A program made the position numbers and the translations under genes. Of a stretch of DNA of 64,000 nt, positions 49,509 through 60,308 are shown piece by piece. This DNA comes from Nitrosopumilaceae archaeon (GTDB lineage Archaea > Thermoproteota > Nitrososphaeria > Nitrososphaerales > Nitrosopumilaceae). Under the pieces are notes generated by a model. The model did not search any database. It worked only from the letters and a program-made list of their open reading frames with translations, and had not been told where the DNA came from. Every line of letters begins with the position of its first letter. Position 1 is the first letter of the stretch. Location of the stretch: contig CBDBCR010000001.1 of assembly GCA_965203465.1 (NCBI GenBank), forward strand, positions 640,001 to 704,000, written 5' to 3'.

Positions 49509-52500
49509 GTGGCCGCCATACGCCGAGCAGGTGGCTCGGTGCCAGAATCCAGAGCCGAAATTCACGTACAAAGCGACGTCTTTGCGTCAGGCGACGAAAA
49601 ACTCTTGTTCGAAAGGCTCTACGAGCAGTCCCAAGATCTGGGATACATGTTTTATTCCGCCCTGTTCGTCCTGCGCCGTAACGCGCCGGGGCAATCTTCG
49701 AACCCGAGCGATCCGCCGGGGGGCGTAAACCCGGACAGGATGGCGCAGTCTGCACACTCTGTCCGTGAAACGCTAGTGCATGCAGAAGATAAACTGAAAC
49801 TCGATCTGTTTGCCTATTCCGCCTATGGAAAAGCAACACCGACGTCCGCAGACAAAACCGAGAAGAAATTCTTAAACAACCCTACACATGTAGAAAAAAT
49901 ACAGTCGATCAGCGATCCTGGCAGGTATCTCCCCAAACACCTGTCTCGCTTGTACAAGGACATCAACAAACTCCACCGGTGGTTTGTGAAGGTGTCCCAC
50001 CACGGCCCGCCCCCGTCCGAGCAAGAATATCGCAAGAAACTCGGCGCGTTTACCCGCCACATGAACCGGTTGCTGGAGCCTTATTTTCAGGTAACCCGCC
50101 AGATCGACGCCGCGCTAAAAGATCAGGGGGCGGATCTGGAAAAGATGGAGGCCCTGCTCTGCAAGAACTGGCAAGCCTACCACTATTTTTTTAAAAACGC
50201 GTCTGCCCGGTGGCTGGACGCGCTGATTCGAAGCGGAACCTACTTTGTCCATGTGCCAGGATCCGTGTCGGATACGGGCGAGTACATGCCAATAGTATGG
50301 CCCGAATCCAAGTATCTGGCGCGCATTGCAAAAGAAAGGCCGGAACTGGTCACGGACACGATTCTGAAGGTGCGCGTCACAGAGCGCAAAAACCCCACCG
50401 TGCTGGCAGACTTTGCCCAGGCCGCATCCGAAATGCCCGCAAAGTTCGGTAAAAAAATAGCAAACAAGGCACTCGAAGAACAGTGGCACCGCAATGCCGG
50501 CCAGCGCCTGCCTTGGATCGTGGCCGAACAGATCGGCGCGCTTGCCGCAAAGTTGGCTCCCAAGGAATTCGACACCGCCTTGAAACTGTGCGAGAACCTG
50601 CTACACCTGAACGACGGCGACGGATATGCGCGGGGGTATCTAAACGACTACGATTATCGGTGCGTGCTGGAAACAACCGTCACCGTTCTGGCAGAACGCG
50701 ACGCAAACAAGACGCTGGACATGTTGTGCAATATGCTGTCAAGGGCGGTCCGGACGATAAACGCGGGGCTCGGGAGCGGCCACATGCCCTCGAGCTCTTG
50801 GCACTGGGACGTCGGGTGCGACGAGCGGAACATGCACATGGGGGCAATATCGCTGCTGATAGTGGCGATACGCAAGGTTCTGGAGATGTCCGAAAGACAG
50901 ATCGACGATCTCGCCGGTTCGCTCGAGGTGCTCGACTCGTACAAGGATCCCGTATTCCTCAGAATCAAGATGCACTTTTACGCAAAGCATCCGGCCCGTT
51001 TCGTGAAAGAAATGCTCCCTTTGGCGTCTTCGCAGTTTGACGTAAAAGAGTGCGAGAGCGAGTATCGGCGCATGCTGCAGTTCGGCTATCTGTATTTCGA
51101 CGGCGATACGCGAAAAGATCTGCGCGCAAAGATCCTTGCCGGGCCCCGCCCCTACACCGGCGACCCCGCAGGTCACGAAAGACGCAAAGATTCCTGGACG
51201 CTGGAAAAACTGCACCCTCTCCGAAACGTGGAGGAATTCAACCCGGAATACACGTCTTTGAAGATCAAGTTGGGGGGGCCCATGGACTTCGGCGAACACA
51301 CGCCCGCGTATGCCACACCAAAACCGACCTTGGATCCGTGCATGTCGCCCGAAGAGGTGATCCAGTACTTGGAATCGCACAAAGACGAGTTCGACGACAA
51401 CTATCACGAATTCAGGCGCTCGGTGTCCAGAAACCCGTCCGAATACTGCAAGCTGGCGAGCCGCATGCGCGACATGCCGGTGCTGTTTCTCCGCGGGTTC
51501 TTTGACGAACTGTCTGACGCCGATGCGGCGCTTGACTGGGAACCTGTCTTGGATCTCTGCGGACTGATGATGGACGACGCCGACACTTCGCTCATTTCTG
51601 ATTCACTGTTGGACGACTGTGGAAACATGCTGCGGAAAAATCTCACGCCCGACAAGATCCCGTTCAGTCTGCGCGGCAAAGTATGGAACGTGCTGGATCG
51701 AGCGACGCGAATCGTGCTGTCCCGTTACGGCTCGCATCGCGAATATTCAAAGCCGGGCAACGCGTTCAATTCCTGCATAAACAGCGGAACGGGGCAGACG
51801 ACGCTTGCGATCGTACAATACGCCGCTTGGTGCCACCGTGGACTAGCACGGGGCGGCGAACCCGGCCGGCTCGTAGACGAGGCCAAGTCCGCGCTCGAGT
51901 CGTTGCTGGATCGGCACAAGTCCAATTCCGTTCACGCCGCGATGGGGATCAACTTCGCCAGACTGGCGGATCTGGACGAGGAATGGGCTTCAAGTCAGAC
52001 AAACTCGATATTCGACCACGGGCATTCCTCGGGGGCCGCCGCTTGGGAGGCGTACGTGCAAAGCTGCGTGCGCCAAACCAGCTTTGAGCTGCTTTATGCG
52101 GAATACTTGTACAGGTTTGATGCTGTCTCTGATCCCGGCACACTCAAAATGATGTCGGATCACGTGGCCGTGGCGCACTTGCACGGCCTTGAAAAAACCG
52201 ACGCGTTGATCGACTCGATCATGAAAAAAGACAGCCCGGGACTGCTGTCTTACCTGGTAGAGTGCATGGGCAAATCCGCCAGCAAACTGTCCGTCAAAGA
52301 TCTCAAGGCGGACATGGGCGCGTTTGCCTCGCGCGAGGAAGTGTCCAAGACTCCGAGCGCGGGGTGGCTGTTCCTGAACAGGCACGCGGACGACGGGGCC
52401 CGCTTGGCATTGCTGGATCGGGTATTGATCGCGACCGGGGGGAAGATAGAGCCGGCACACCTCGTCGTCGAGGATCTGCAGTCCACGTCGCGTTCGCACC

Positions 52501-52700
52501 CAGTCGCGACCGCGCGGTGCGTCAGGAAAATCGTGTCTGTGCTGAAAACCGGCGACGGGGTACATAGTATGCTAACGACCATCGACGAGACGCTCCAGGC
52601 AATACTTGAGGCAAAAGACGCAGATGCGGAAAGGATCGTCACGCAGGTGGCCAACGAACTGGGCGCCTACGGTTTTGAGCAGTTTAGAAAGTTTTCCTAA
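49509..52700 (+). CDS. Large alpha-helical repeat protein, probable defence-associated; N-terminal HEPN-like helical domain possible
   Basis: 1063-aa ORF. AQSAHSVRE and WFVKVSHH near the N-terminus. ARM/TPR-like helical pattern. No Walker motifs seen. Confidence 0.75.
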   Translation: MAAIRRAGGSVPESRAEIHVQSDVFASGDEKLLFERLYEQSQDLGYMFYSALFVLRRNAPGQSSNPSDPPGGVNPDRMAQSAHSVRETLVHAEDKLKLDLFAYSAYGKATPTSADKTEKKFLNNPTHVEKIQSISDPGRYLPKHLSRLYKDINKLHRWFVKVSHHGPPPSEQEYRKKLGAFTRHMNRLLEPYFQVTRQIDAALKDQGADLEKMEALLCKNWQAYHYFFKNASARWLDALIRSGTYFVHVPGSVSDTGEYMPIVWPESKYLARIAKERPELVTDTILKVRVTERKNPTVLADFAQAASEMPAKFGKKIANKALEEQWHRNAGQRLPWIVAEQIGALAAKLAPKEFDTALKLCENLLHLNDGDGYARGYLNDYDYRCVLETTVTVLAERDANKTLDMLCNMLSRAVRTINAGLGSGHMPSSSWHWDVGCDERNMHMGAISLLIVAIRKVLEMSERQIDDLAGSLEVLDSYKDPVFLRIKMHFYAKHPARFVKEMLPLASSQFDVKECESEYRRMLQFGYLYFDGDTRKDLRAKILAGPRPYTGDPAGHERRKDSWTLEKLHPLRNVEEFNPEYTSLKIKLGGPMDFGEHTPAYATPKPTLDPCMSPEEVIQYLESHKDEFDDNYHEFRRSVSRNPSEYCKLASRMRDMPVLFLRGFFDELSDADAALDWEPVLDLCGLMMDDADTSLISDSLLDDCGNMLRKNLTPDKIPFSLRGKVWNVLDRATRIVLSRYGSHREYSKPGNAFNSCINSGTGQTTLAIVQYAAWCHRGLARGGEPGRLVDEAKSALESLLDRHKSNSVHAAMGINFARLADLDEEWASSQTNSIFDHGHSSGAAAWEAYVQSCVRQTSFELLYAEYLYRFDAVSDPGTLKMMSDHVAVAHLHGLEKTDALIDSIMKKDSPGLLSYLVECMGKSASKLSVKDLKADMGAFASREEVSKTPSAGWLFLNRHADDGARLALLDRVLIATGGKIEPAHLVVEDLQSTSRSHPVATARCVRKIVSVLKTGDGVHSMLTTIDETLQAILEAKDADAERIVTQVANELGAYGFEQFRKFS

Positions 52701-52797
52701 ACGGCCGGCCCGAAAGTGCGGCCTACGGTCGGACAATTCGAGATCTCGGACCAGGCCAAAACTGGCAAACGATCGCATCCAAAAGACTGCCGCGTCC

Positions 52798-52899
52798 GCC
52801 TGCGCGCAGCCCGAAGCGTCCGCGCCGCCGCCAGATCCCTGCGCGCAGGCGGCGTCCGGCGCTGGTTTTTTTTTTGGCGCCGGTCGGGCGCCCGCCTGC
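52798..52899 (+). terminator. Putative terminator: GC hairpins around a T10 tract
   Basis: 12-bp inverted repeat gcctgcgcgcag (52798-52809 / 52839-52850). T10 at 52866-52875, downstream of the 1063-aa gene. Confidence 0.4.
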
Positions 52900-53088
52900 A
52901 AAGCTCGGCCCCGTTCTCTGCGCCGCGCTAACGGCTTCGGCCCTCCCGGGCCGGCCTGTCGATGCGCGTCTCGCCCGCAGGCGTCTCTGACAGTTTGGCA
53001 TACGCGCAGCGGCAGCCAGCATCTGGCATCCGTGCATGTTGCGCGGGCCTCCCGCGGTGCCCGTGGCGCCCCATCTGCATTCGCCGAT

Positions 53089-53436
53089 CTAGCGCGCCCA
53101 CGTCGGATCGCGCATTCCGTGCCCGTCCCACGTTTCAAGAAAGGTGTCAGTCGATCTCAGAACCGTGCGTGGGGCAGCAGAATCGCCCAACGTCGGGCAG
53201 CCCGTTTCTTTGGCATACAAGTAGTTCAGGCGTTCCAGAAACTGCGCTTTGTTTTCGCCCCTGATCTCTGCCGCGTCCATGGTGGCAAGCGTCCTGTCCA
53301 TGAGAACTCTCACGATTTCGGGCAGGTCGCCAAACGGCTTGCCCGGCATCCCCGGATCGTCTTGGTGCACGGCCGTTAGAATCGCCTTGCGCAGATCAGT
53401 ACCCGCTTCGTCCCACGCCTTTTTTGCGTCCCTCAT
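53089..53436 (-). CDS. Small hypothetical protein
   Basis: Protein-like composition (MRDAKKAWDEAGTDLRKAIL...). TCTTATTA box upstream. Confidence 0.5.
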   Translation of the reverse strand: MRDAKKAWDEAGTDLRKAILTAVHQDDPGMPGKPFGDLPEIVRVLMDRTLATMDAAEIRGENKAQFLERLNYLYAKETGCPTLGDSAAPRTVLRSTDTFLETWDGHGMRDPTWAR

Positions 53437-53809
53437 GCCCCCGCCAAGACGGCGCCGGTAATAAGACTGCCTATTTTCCAAGTGCATATGCGCTTAGGAT
53501 ACCGAGATCGGCGGCTTTTGGGCCGCAAAAGGCGGCGCGCGGCACCCTCCTGCGCCGGCAGCGGGATCGGGCTCGGATGCCTGCGTTCTCTGGCGCCGAC
53601 GCGGCCGAGCGCCGATCTGTGTCTTTCAGCGCCCGCCTGCCCGCGCAGCACCTCCGCTTTGCGAGTCTACGATCCGGGCAGATTCTCGCCCCCGTCTTTG
53701 CATCTGGGGCGGATCCCGCGGCGGTACGTCGCGCCGGCTGCTCGAATAGCCGCATTTTGACAACAGACGGTTACACCGGTTCCTGCCGGATATTCTTATA
53801 TCAGGCACA

Positions 53810-56800
53810 ATGCCGAACTGGGCGTTGGAGCCGTTCAGCGTTACTGAAGACGACTTGGGCCGGCTAGATCCGAAAGACGCGGTAGATCTGATTAGAGACG
53901 TGATACACTTGGAGGCGTCCGGATCCGGCATCAAAGCTAGCACGATAGACGTATCTGCCAACATATACGCCAAAGACGGCGGTATAGACGGCGTGGTCAA
54001 AAACGCCCCGAACGACGGAATTTGTGGCATCATCAAAAAAGGGACCACGATGTACCAGGTAAAGTCGGGCAAATTCAGCCCGACAAAAACTAAAATACGG
54101 GAAATTTTGTTCAACGGATCCGAACTAAAAGCTGGAATACGGGACTGCTTTGAGATCGGCGCAACGTTGGTGGTGGCCTTTACCGGGTGGGATGCGCCCG
54201 CTGTGCCGCCCACGCGCGTAGAGCAAGACTTTCTTGCGCAGATAGAAAAAGAAGGATGCCCGAATGCGCGTATTGAAGTATGGCGCCAAAACACAATCAT
54301 CGGCCTTTTGAAAAAATTCCCGTCACTGCAACTGTCAGTCAAGGGCCTGTCTGGCAGCCCGTTGCACATACACGAAAAGTGGCGCGGCATGGCCGACATG
54401 AGGACGCAGGTTCATCTGGGCGAAAAGCAACACGGGTTCATACGCTCCATGAGGGCCGCGCTGCGCGGCCCCGACCGATCCCCGATACGAGTCTCGGGGG
54501 AGCCGGGCATCGGCAAGACCCGCCTGGTGCTCGAAGCCACCAAAGCGGACGACCTGCGCCCGGCCGTCGTATATTTTGAGAAACCGTCGGATCTGGAAGA
54601 GCGGGGCTTTATGAGCTACGTTTGCGGGGCCGACCGGCCGATCGAGGCGATCCTGGTCGTGGACGAATGCGAATTCTCCGATCACGCATCTATCTGGAAC
54701 AAACTGAAGCACAACGCGCCGGGCATCAGGCTGGTCACCATCTTCATCGAAGAGGGCCGATCCGCCCAAACCATGCCCGCCCCGCCGCTGGAGGACGAGG
54801 AACTCGAAAAAATCATCAAGGCGTACATAGGAGACGACCCCAACATACGGCGCTGGACAGAATGGTGCCGTCCGTCGCCTCGAGCCGCGCACATCATAGG
54901 CCACAATCTCAAAAACAACCCCGACGATCTGCTCCGCCCGCCGGACGAAGTGGACGTCTGGCGCAGATACGTCGCCGGCAAAGAGAGGTCAAAGGAAAAG
55001 ATCGACAAGCAGTACCAGATACTGCTCTGGCTCAGCCTGTTCAGGAAGTTCGGGTTCGAGAGCCCGCACGACGGCGAGGCGGACAGGATAGCTGAGATCG
55101 TGGGGCGCGAGGAGGGCATACCCAAGGGCGAGTTCGTGGGCACAGTCAGAGATCTGCGAAAGAGCAAGATACTGCAGGGCAGCACCACGCTGTACATCGC
55201 GCCAAAACTGCTCCATCTGTACTTGTGGCGCGAGTGGTGGAATACGTACAGCACAGACATGTTTCAAAAAGAGCAGGATCTTGTTCCGAGTGCATGCAGA
55301 GACTACGTAGACGGCAACTTGTCCACATGGTGCATGGACATGTTCGCATACGCTGGAACGAGTCCCGAGGCCGCCAAAATAGTGCGCAAATTCCTGTCCC
55401 CGGGCGGGTACATAGAATCGTACGCGACGATGGACTCTTTGTTGGGCGCAAGCCTTTTTTCGATCTGCGGCAGGGCCGATCCCGCCGGTGCGCTTGACTA
55501 CTTGAAAAGGACGCTCTGCAAAAGATCCAGGGGCGAACTTTCTAAATTCCGCGCGGGGCGGCGCGCCGCGGTGTCCTTCCTCGAGAGGATGGCCTCCAGG
55601 GGGGAGCGCGTGGACGACGTCGCGCACGTGCTGCTAAAGCTCGCGGAAGCGGAAAACGAAGCGTTCGCCAACAACGCGACGGGCGTGTTCCGGGGCATGT
55701 TCAAGCTGATCCGCCCGATGGCCAAGCCCGACTACATGATACGGCTGCTCAAGGGCGCCATGGAGTCGGATTCGGCCAGCGCTCGGAAAGTGGCGGTGGG
55801 CGCCTGCAGCGACGCGCTGGACGATGCCGGCTATGCCGTCCCGTACGAGGCCGACGGCATAGGGCCCGCGCCGCAGCCGTACGAGCCGACCCGGGACGAA
55901 AAGATCAGGTACCGGCTGCAGGTGCTGGGCATGCTAAGGGGCCGCGGCGGCGCCATGCCCGAAGGGGCCGCAGAGGCGGTGCTCTTACACGCCCACTCCC
56001 TGATCCTGGTGCCGGAGCTTGCAGACAGCGTTGCCGGAGCTTTGGAGGGGGTGCGGGCAGACGGAAAGAACGACGAAGAACTGGTCGAGTGCGTGTCCAG
56101 AATACTGTCGATCTGCGAGCTCGGCGAAAAAACGGCAGAGCGCCTGCAGGCGATCGCGGACGGCATATCCGGCGCCAGCTTCCATTCCAAGATGCGCAGG
56201 TACGTGGGCATGTCCGAGCACGTAGACACGGTCAGCGATTCCGCGCGCGAGAGCAGGAAAAAAGAGTTCGGCGTGCTAGCAGAGGCCGCCGCCGACCCGG
56301 ATGTCCTAAAGACCGAGCTGGACTGGCTCGTCACCGGCGAGGCCGCCCAGGGGTACCAGTTCGGCTACGAGCTGGCGGGCAGGGATCCGAAATGGCGGCT
56401 GCTGCCTGGGATCATGGGAGCCTTGAAAGGCGCGGGAGCCAAGGCCCAAAGCTCCTTCGCGGGCGGGTACCTGAGGCGCGTCCGGGAAAAAGACGCCGCC
56501 CGGTGGGGCGCCGAGCTGGACGCGGTATACGACGACGGAAAGACGTGCCGGCTGCTGCCCAGCCTGGTCCGGCTGTCGGGGGTCACGGACGAATCCGTCA
56601 GGAAAGTCATGCGCGGCGTAAGGAGCGGCAAGTTCGGGTGCAGCGCCATGGACTGCGTGGTCAATTCGGGCGGCGTTTCCGCCGAGACGTTTACAGAATG
56701 CGTAGAACTGCTCGCCGATAGCGAGGACGGCGACGCCGCGTTCGTGGCGCTGTCCATGATCCGTGCCCGCCTCGGCAGGAAGGACCTGCCAAAAGAGACC

Positions 56801-57487
56801 GTCCTGAAGATACTGCTCCACCGCAGCGTCTTGGACCGCACGGCGGAATCGGCCGGCATAGGCAGGGGCGAATGGGAGTGGAAGGACGTGGGGCTGGATT
56901 TCCTGAAACAGCACCCCGGCGACGGCGTCGGGGTGCTGGAGGCGGTGGTGGACCGCATGGACGCTCACATCCCCCTTATGCCGGAAATGGGCAAGGGGCC
57001 TGTCATGGCAGAGATCGTCAAAACGCACGGCGCAAAAGCGTGGCCCGCGCTGGCCAGGCACGTGGGCCCGCCGACGGACCGCAAGGCGCGCATGCTGCAG
57101 CTGTGGCTCGCAGGGCCCCTGTTCGACAGGGGCGACAGCGTCATGTCGTCCATCCCAATCTCGGCGATCAACGCCTGGGTCGGGGAGGACTGCGCGGCCA
57201 GGGCCGCCCACATAGCCTCTTTTCTTCCAGACAACTTTGTGTACATCTCGGAGTTTCTGTCGAAATACGGGGACAGGCAGGACGTGCAGGAAGCCTTGCG
57301 CAGAAACTTCGGCAGGGAAGGCTGGAGGGGATCGGGGGCGGCGCACTACCGGGAGAAGAAAAGGAAGGTGGACGGCCTGATGGCAGGCGAGTCGGATCCC
57401 AACATACTGTCGTGGCTCCGGTCTTACTCCGATCATTTGGACGAGACGGTAAAGCGCCACTCGGATTCCGAAGAGCGCGAATTGTGA
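53810..57487 (+). CDS. Avs-like STAND NTPase with N-terminal restriction-endonuclease-fold domain and C-terminal helical repeats
   Basis: DGGIDG...MYQVKSG (PD-(D/E)xK variant), Walker A GEPGIGKT, Walker B ILVVDEC. CTTATAT box upstream. Confidence 0.87.
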   Translation: MPNWALEPFSVTEDDLGRLDPKDAVDLIRDVIHLEASGSGIKASTIDVSANIYAKDGGIDGVVKNAPNDGICGIIKKGTTMYQVKSGKFSPTKTKIREILFNGSELKAGIRDCFEIGATLVVAFTGWDAPAVPPTRVEQDFLAQIEKEGCPNARIEVWRQNTIIGLLKKFPSLQLSVKGLSGSPLHIHEKWRGMADMRTQVHLGEKQHGFIRSMRAALRGPDRSPIRVSGEPGIGKTRLVLEATKADDLRPAVVYFEKPSDLEERGFMSYVCGADRPIEAILVVDECEFSDHASIWNKLKHNAPGIRLVTIFIEEGRSAQTMPAPPLEDEELEKIIKAYIGDDPNIRRWTEWCRPSPRAAHIIGHNLKNNPDDLLRPPDEVDVWRRYVAGKERSKEKIDKQYQILLWLSLFRKFGFESPHDGEADRIAEIVGREEGIPKGEFVGTVRDLRKSKILQGSTTLYIAPKLLHLYLWREWWNTYSTDMFQKEQDLVPSACRDYVDGNLSTWCMDMFAYAGTSPEAAKIVRKFLSPGGYIESYATMDSLLGASLFSICGRADPAGALDYLKRTLCKRSRGELSKFRAGRRAAVSFLERMASRGERVDDVAHVLLKLAEAENEAFANNATGVFRGMFKLIRPMAKPDYMIRLLKGAMESDSASARKVAVGACSDALDDAGYAVPYEADGIGPAPQPYEPTRDEKIRYRLQVLGMLRGRGGAMPEGAAEAVLLHAHSLILVPELADSVAGALEGVRADGKNDEELVECVSRILSICELGEKTAERLQAIADGISGASFHSKMRRYVGMSEHVDTVSDSARESRKKEFGVLAEAAADPDVLKTELDWLVTGEAAQGYQFGYELAGRDPKWRLLPGIMGALKGAGAKAQSSFAGGYLRRVREKDAARWGAELDAVYDDGKTCRLLPSLVRLSGVTDESVRKVMRGVRSGKFGCSAMDCVVNSGGVSAETFTECVELLADSEDGDAAFVALSMIRARLGRKDLPKETVLKILLHRSVLDRTAESAGIGRGEWEWKDVGLDFLKQHPGDGVGVLEAVVDRMDAHIPLMPEMGKGPVMAEIVKTHGAKAWPALARHVGPPTDRKARMLQLWLAGPLFDRGDSVMSSIPISAINAWVGEDCAARAAHIASFLPDNFVYISEFLSKYGDRQDVQEALRRNFGREGWRGSGAAHYREKKRKVDGLMAGESDPNILSWLRSYSDHLDETVKRHSDSEEREL

Positions 57488-57713
57488 CTCCCGGTTCTGC
57501 CGCGCGCGGACGCTCCGGAGGGGCCGGCGCCGCCGCCCCGGTCCGGCATGTGCGGCCTTGCCGCAAAGACGGAAAAACCGGCCCGGAAGTTCGGTTGTTC
57601 TGCCTCAAGTGCCCGGCCGCGTACGCGCTACTGGCGGATCGGGACCGCGCCCGAGAACGGCGCCCGAGGTCTCTGCCGGGACCTTTTTTTACTGGCGTGG
57701 TTCCTATCACGTC

Positions 57714-58064
57714 ATGGACGAGTCCATGGTATTGGCAGCGGTATTGGGACTGGACTTTCCCACGGTCGCGCACGCGTGGTTGTCCATATCCATGGCCTCG
57801 CTCCTGATCGCGCCCCGCCTCAACTCCAGGTACGTGCGCCGGATCAGAGACTCGGGCAGTTCCGGGCGCTGGATGCGTTGCGCCGTCTGGCTCACGGTCG
57901 CGCTGTCCTGCATGATTCTCATACTCGCGGTGCCAGCTTCCAACGGCCGGGAGGTTCCAGAGACGAGGAGGTATTTTGCGCCCTTTTCCAAAGGCTCCGT
58001 GTTCGCAGTCCGCCCCGCGGATGTCGGCGGGGCGCGCACGGCGCATCTCGGGCGCCGGCGTTGA
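57714..58064 (+). CDS. Possible small two-TM membrane protein
   Basis: Two hydrophobic stretches (MVLAAVLGLDF...SLLIA; CAVWLTVALSCMILILAV). TTTTTTTA box upstream. Confidence 0.4.
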   Translation: MDESMVLAAVLGLDFPTVAHAWLSISMASLLIAPRLNSRYVRRIRDSGSSGRWMRCAVWLTVALSCMILILAVPASNGREVPETRRYFAPFSKGSVFAVRPADVGGARTAHLGRRR

Positions 58065-58200
58065 GTTTGTACTGCGGATGCGGTATCCTGCATCCGGGCG
58101 GGCTCGCGGCGGGCGATACCGCACGAAGATCGGACAAGACGGGGGTTTTCCGGCGAATCCCATCCTTTCCAGGCCGTGTAAAAAAAGAAAAGTATGCCTA

Positions 58201-58548
58201 CTACAAAACGCGGAAAAAGTTCAGGTAGGATGCCACGGCTCCCAAGAGCCGGGGCAGGTTCTCCAGCAGTTTTGATTTGTTGACTGACGTTTTTTGCGAC
58301 TTTGTCCAGGGGTGCGGCTCTCCGCACCCTCCGCAATGCGACGGAACTGCATATCCAGAATACGGCCCGTATTGTCCGTGGACGTATCCAGGGATTTTCT
58401 GGCCGCATTCTGTACAGCAGGTTATTGTTTTCTTACCACACTTTTCACAAAACGCGCTGTTGAGTTCGGGGTGTGATATCGTTGCGGTGTTTACTAGGTG
58501 CCCATTCAGGCAGATCTGCGCTACGTCAGTCCAGCGTCTCCCAAACAT
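58201..58548 (-). CDS. DUF2321-like Zn-ribbon protein, second paralog
   Basis: DVAQICLNGH, CEKCG, CTECG, HCGGCGEPHPWT. TTAAATTA box about 25 nt upstream. Confidence 0.8.
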   Translation of the reverse strand: MFGRRWTDVAQICLNGHLVNTATISHPELNSAFCEKCGKKTITCCTECGQKIPGYVHGQYGPYSGYAVPSHCGGCGEPHPWTKSQKTSVNKSKLLENLPRLLGAVASYLNFFRVL

Positions 58549-59040
58549 TGCCCTACAATGCAGGTTGTTGTAATTTAAGTATTTTGAAGCGGCTTCAATT
58601 TTGTTTACAAACATACATGATGTAAGGTTATCCGGAAAGAGGAAACGCTTGGTCCGCAGGCACGAATCGTGACATCTGCCCCGTGCAGATCGTGACATGT
58701 TGTTTTCTCGCCGCCTGGCAGGCAGCCGATCCGGGTTGCCGGATGCTCGGGGCACCGCGTATGGCGCAGGCGGTCTTTGGCCTGGTATGTGTAACGTGCT
58801 CCGGAAAAGGCCCGACGCTCGCCGTGGGCACCGAGGACGTTGTAGCATCCGCGCGGCCGGGCCGACTTTCGGTTTCCGGCTCCGTCGGCGCAAGGCCTGC
58901 GCATCCGGGCGGCCCGGCTCCCCGCAGGACGGTCGGGCGGCGGCTTGCACGAGGCGGCGCTCTGCTTCCGGCAGGCGCGCCCGCTCACGGCACGGCTAGG
59001 ACCTGCCAACTACGGGAGTATGCTTCCGCGGCGCGCCCCG

Positions 59041-60090
59041 CTATCCAAAGCGCGTTCCGAGATTCCAGAGGGAAGCGTGGCGTTCGGCGAGCTGGCCCAT
59101 CTTGGAGTTCCCACGGGCGGCGTTCGCGCCCGTCTTTCCCCCTCCGTACGGGGGCGTCGTGGCGGTTTTGGCCGCAAACCCGCATTCCAGCAAGAATGCC
59201 GACCGCATTCGGCGCAGTATAAGATCCTGCGACCAGCGTTCAAACCAAGTTCCGTCTTGGATGGATTCGAGATGCCGCGCATTGCGGGGGTTCAGTAGAT
59301 CAAATTTGTACGGCATAATCCCGGGCAGCGCCGGTTTGACGCATAAGGCGTTGCAAAAGTTGTATTCGTCGTACCTACTGTTCTTCCTCCAGTTCCGCGC
59401 GGCACTGAGCATTTCCGGGCTCGTCCTGAATTCGGACTTTGAATACGTAAATCTGCGCGCGTTGCACAGCTGTAGAAAGTTCTGGTATTCCACATGCCGA
59501 TCGTCGCTCAATTCCACGTACGCCATTTTTTTGAAAGCGCGGCCGTGCAGCAGCGCCAGGCTCAGCGTAGGCGTCAACGGCATGTAAGCCTCGATGAGAA
59601 AATCCACCATCGGGTTGTCCGACGTTATGAACGGCACGTCGGTTTTGTTTTCCATGACGACCACGTTCATCTGCCCAAACATGTCGACGTTGTGGATCAT
59701 GCCGTTTTGGGCATGCCTCGGATCCGGGAGCACGCTCGTGCCGAAGCATTTGTTCAATTGGCGCGTCCGAGGCAGGATGTCTTCCCGCGCCTGTTCGGTC
59801 CGTGCCTCCATGTGGTTGACAAACAGGCGCACGCCGTCTCGATCCGCTTTGCTTAGGGCATAGTAGTTTTTGCCTTCAATCAGCCTCGCTACGGACGGAG
59901 CGTACCAGTTCTCGAACGGCTCCAAGATCTCTTCCCAGTAAAACCGGTCGTGGGCGGTAGCGCTGTTGACGCTCGCCTTTGCCCATCTGTCTTTTACTTT
60001 GTCAAACTGCCAAAACCGGGTTTTGCCGCCGGCAACAAAACGCTTCAGGTGGAATTTGGGCACGGTGTGCTGGTGCCGGTTGTCAGTCAA
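59041..60090 (-). CDS. DUF4238 domain protein
   Basis: N-terminal HQHTVPKFHLKRF and FITSDNP signatures. Confidence 0.82.
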   Translation of the reverse strand: MTDNRHQHTVPKFHLKRFVAGGKTRFWQFDKVKDRWAKASVNSATAHDRFYWEEILEPFENWYAPSVARLIEGKNYYALSKADRDGVRLFVNHMEARTEQAREDILPRTRQLNKCFGTSVLPDPRHAQNGMIHNVDMFGQMNVVVMENKTDVPFITSDNPMVDFLIEAYMPLTPTLSLALLHGRAFKKMAYVELSDDRHVEYQNFLQLCNARRFTYSKSEFRTSPEMLSAARNWRKNSRYDEYNFCNALCVKPALPGIMPYKFDLLNPRNARHLESIQDGTWFERWSQDLILRRMRSAFLLECGFAAKTATTPPYGGGKTGANAARGNSKMGQLAERHASLWNLGTRFG

Positions 60091-60308
60091 CGTGGTACCG
60101 TCCGATACAGTCCCGTATTTGTGTCTTGAGAGGCCGTCCGGATGTGTTTAGGTACGGCAGACGTCTAGCCGCGAATATGCGCATTGGAGGCTCGCGGTCG
60201 TGCCTAGACGGGAGTGGCACGTAAACACGCACGGCCGTCCGGCGCCGTTTCGGATTTGGGCGCCAGGCATGCCCAGATGCGGGGCCGCAGAGGCCGGGGC
60301 CGCCCGAG

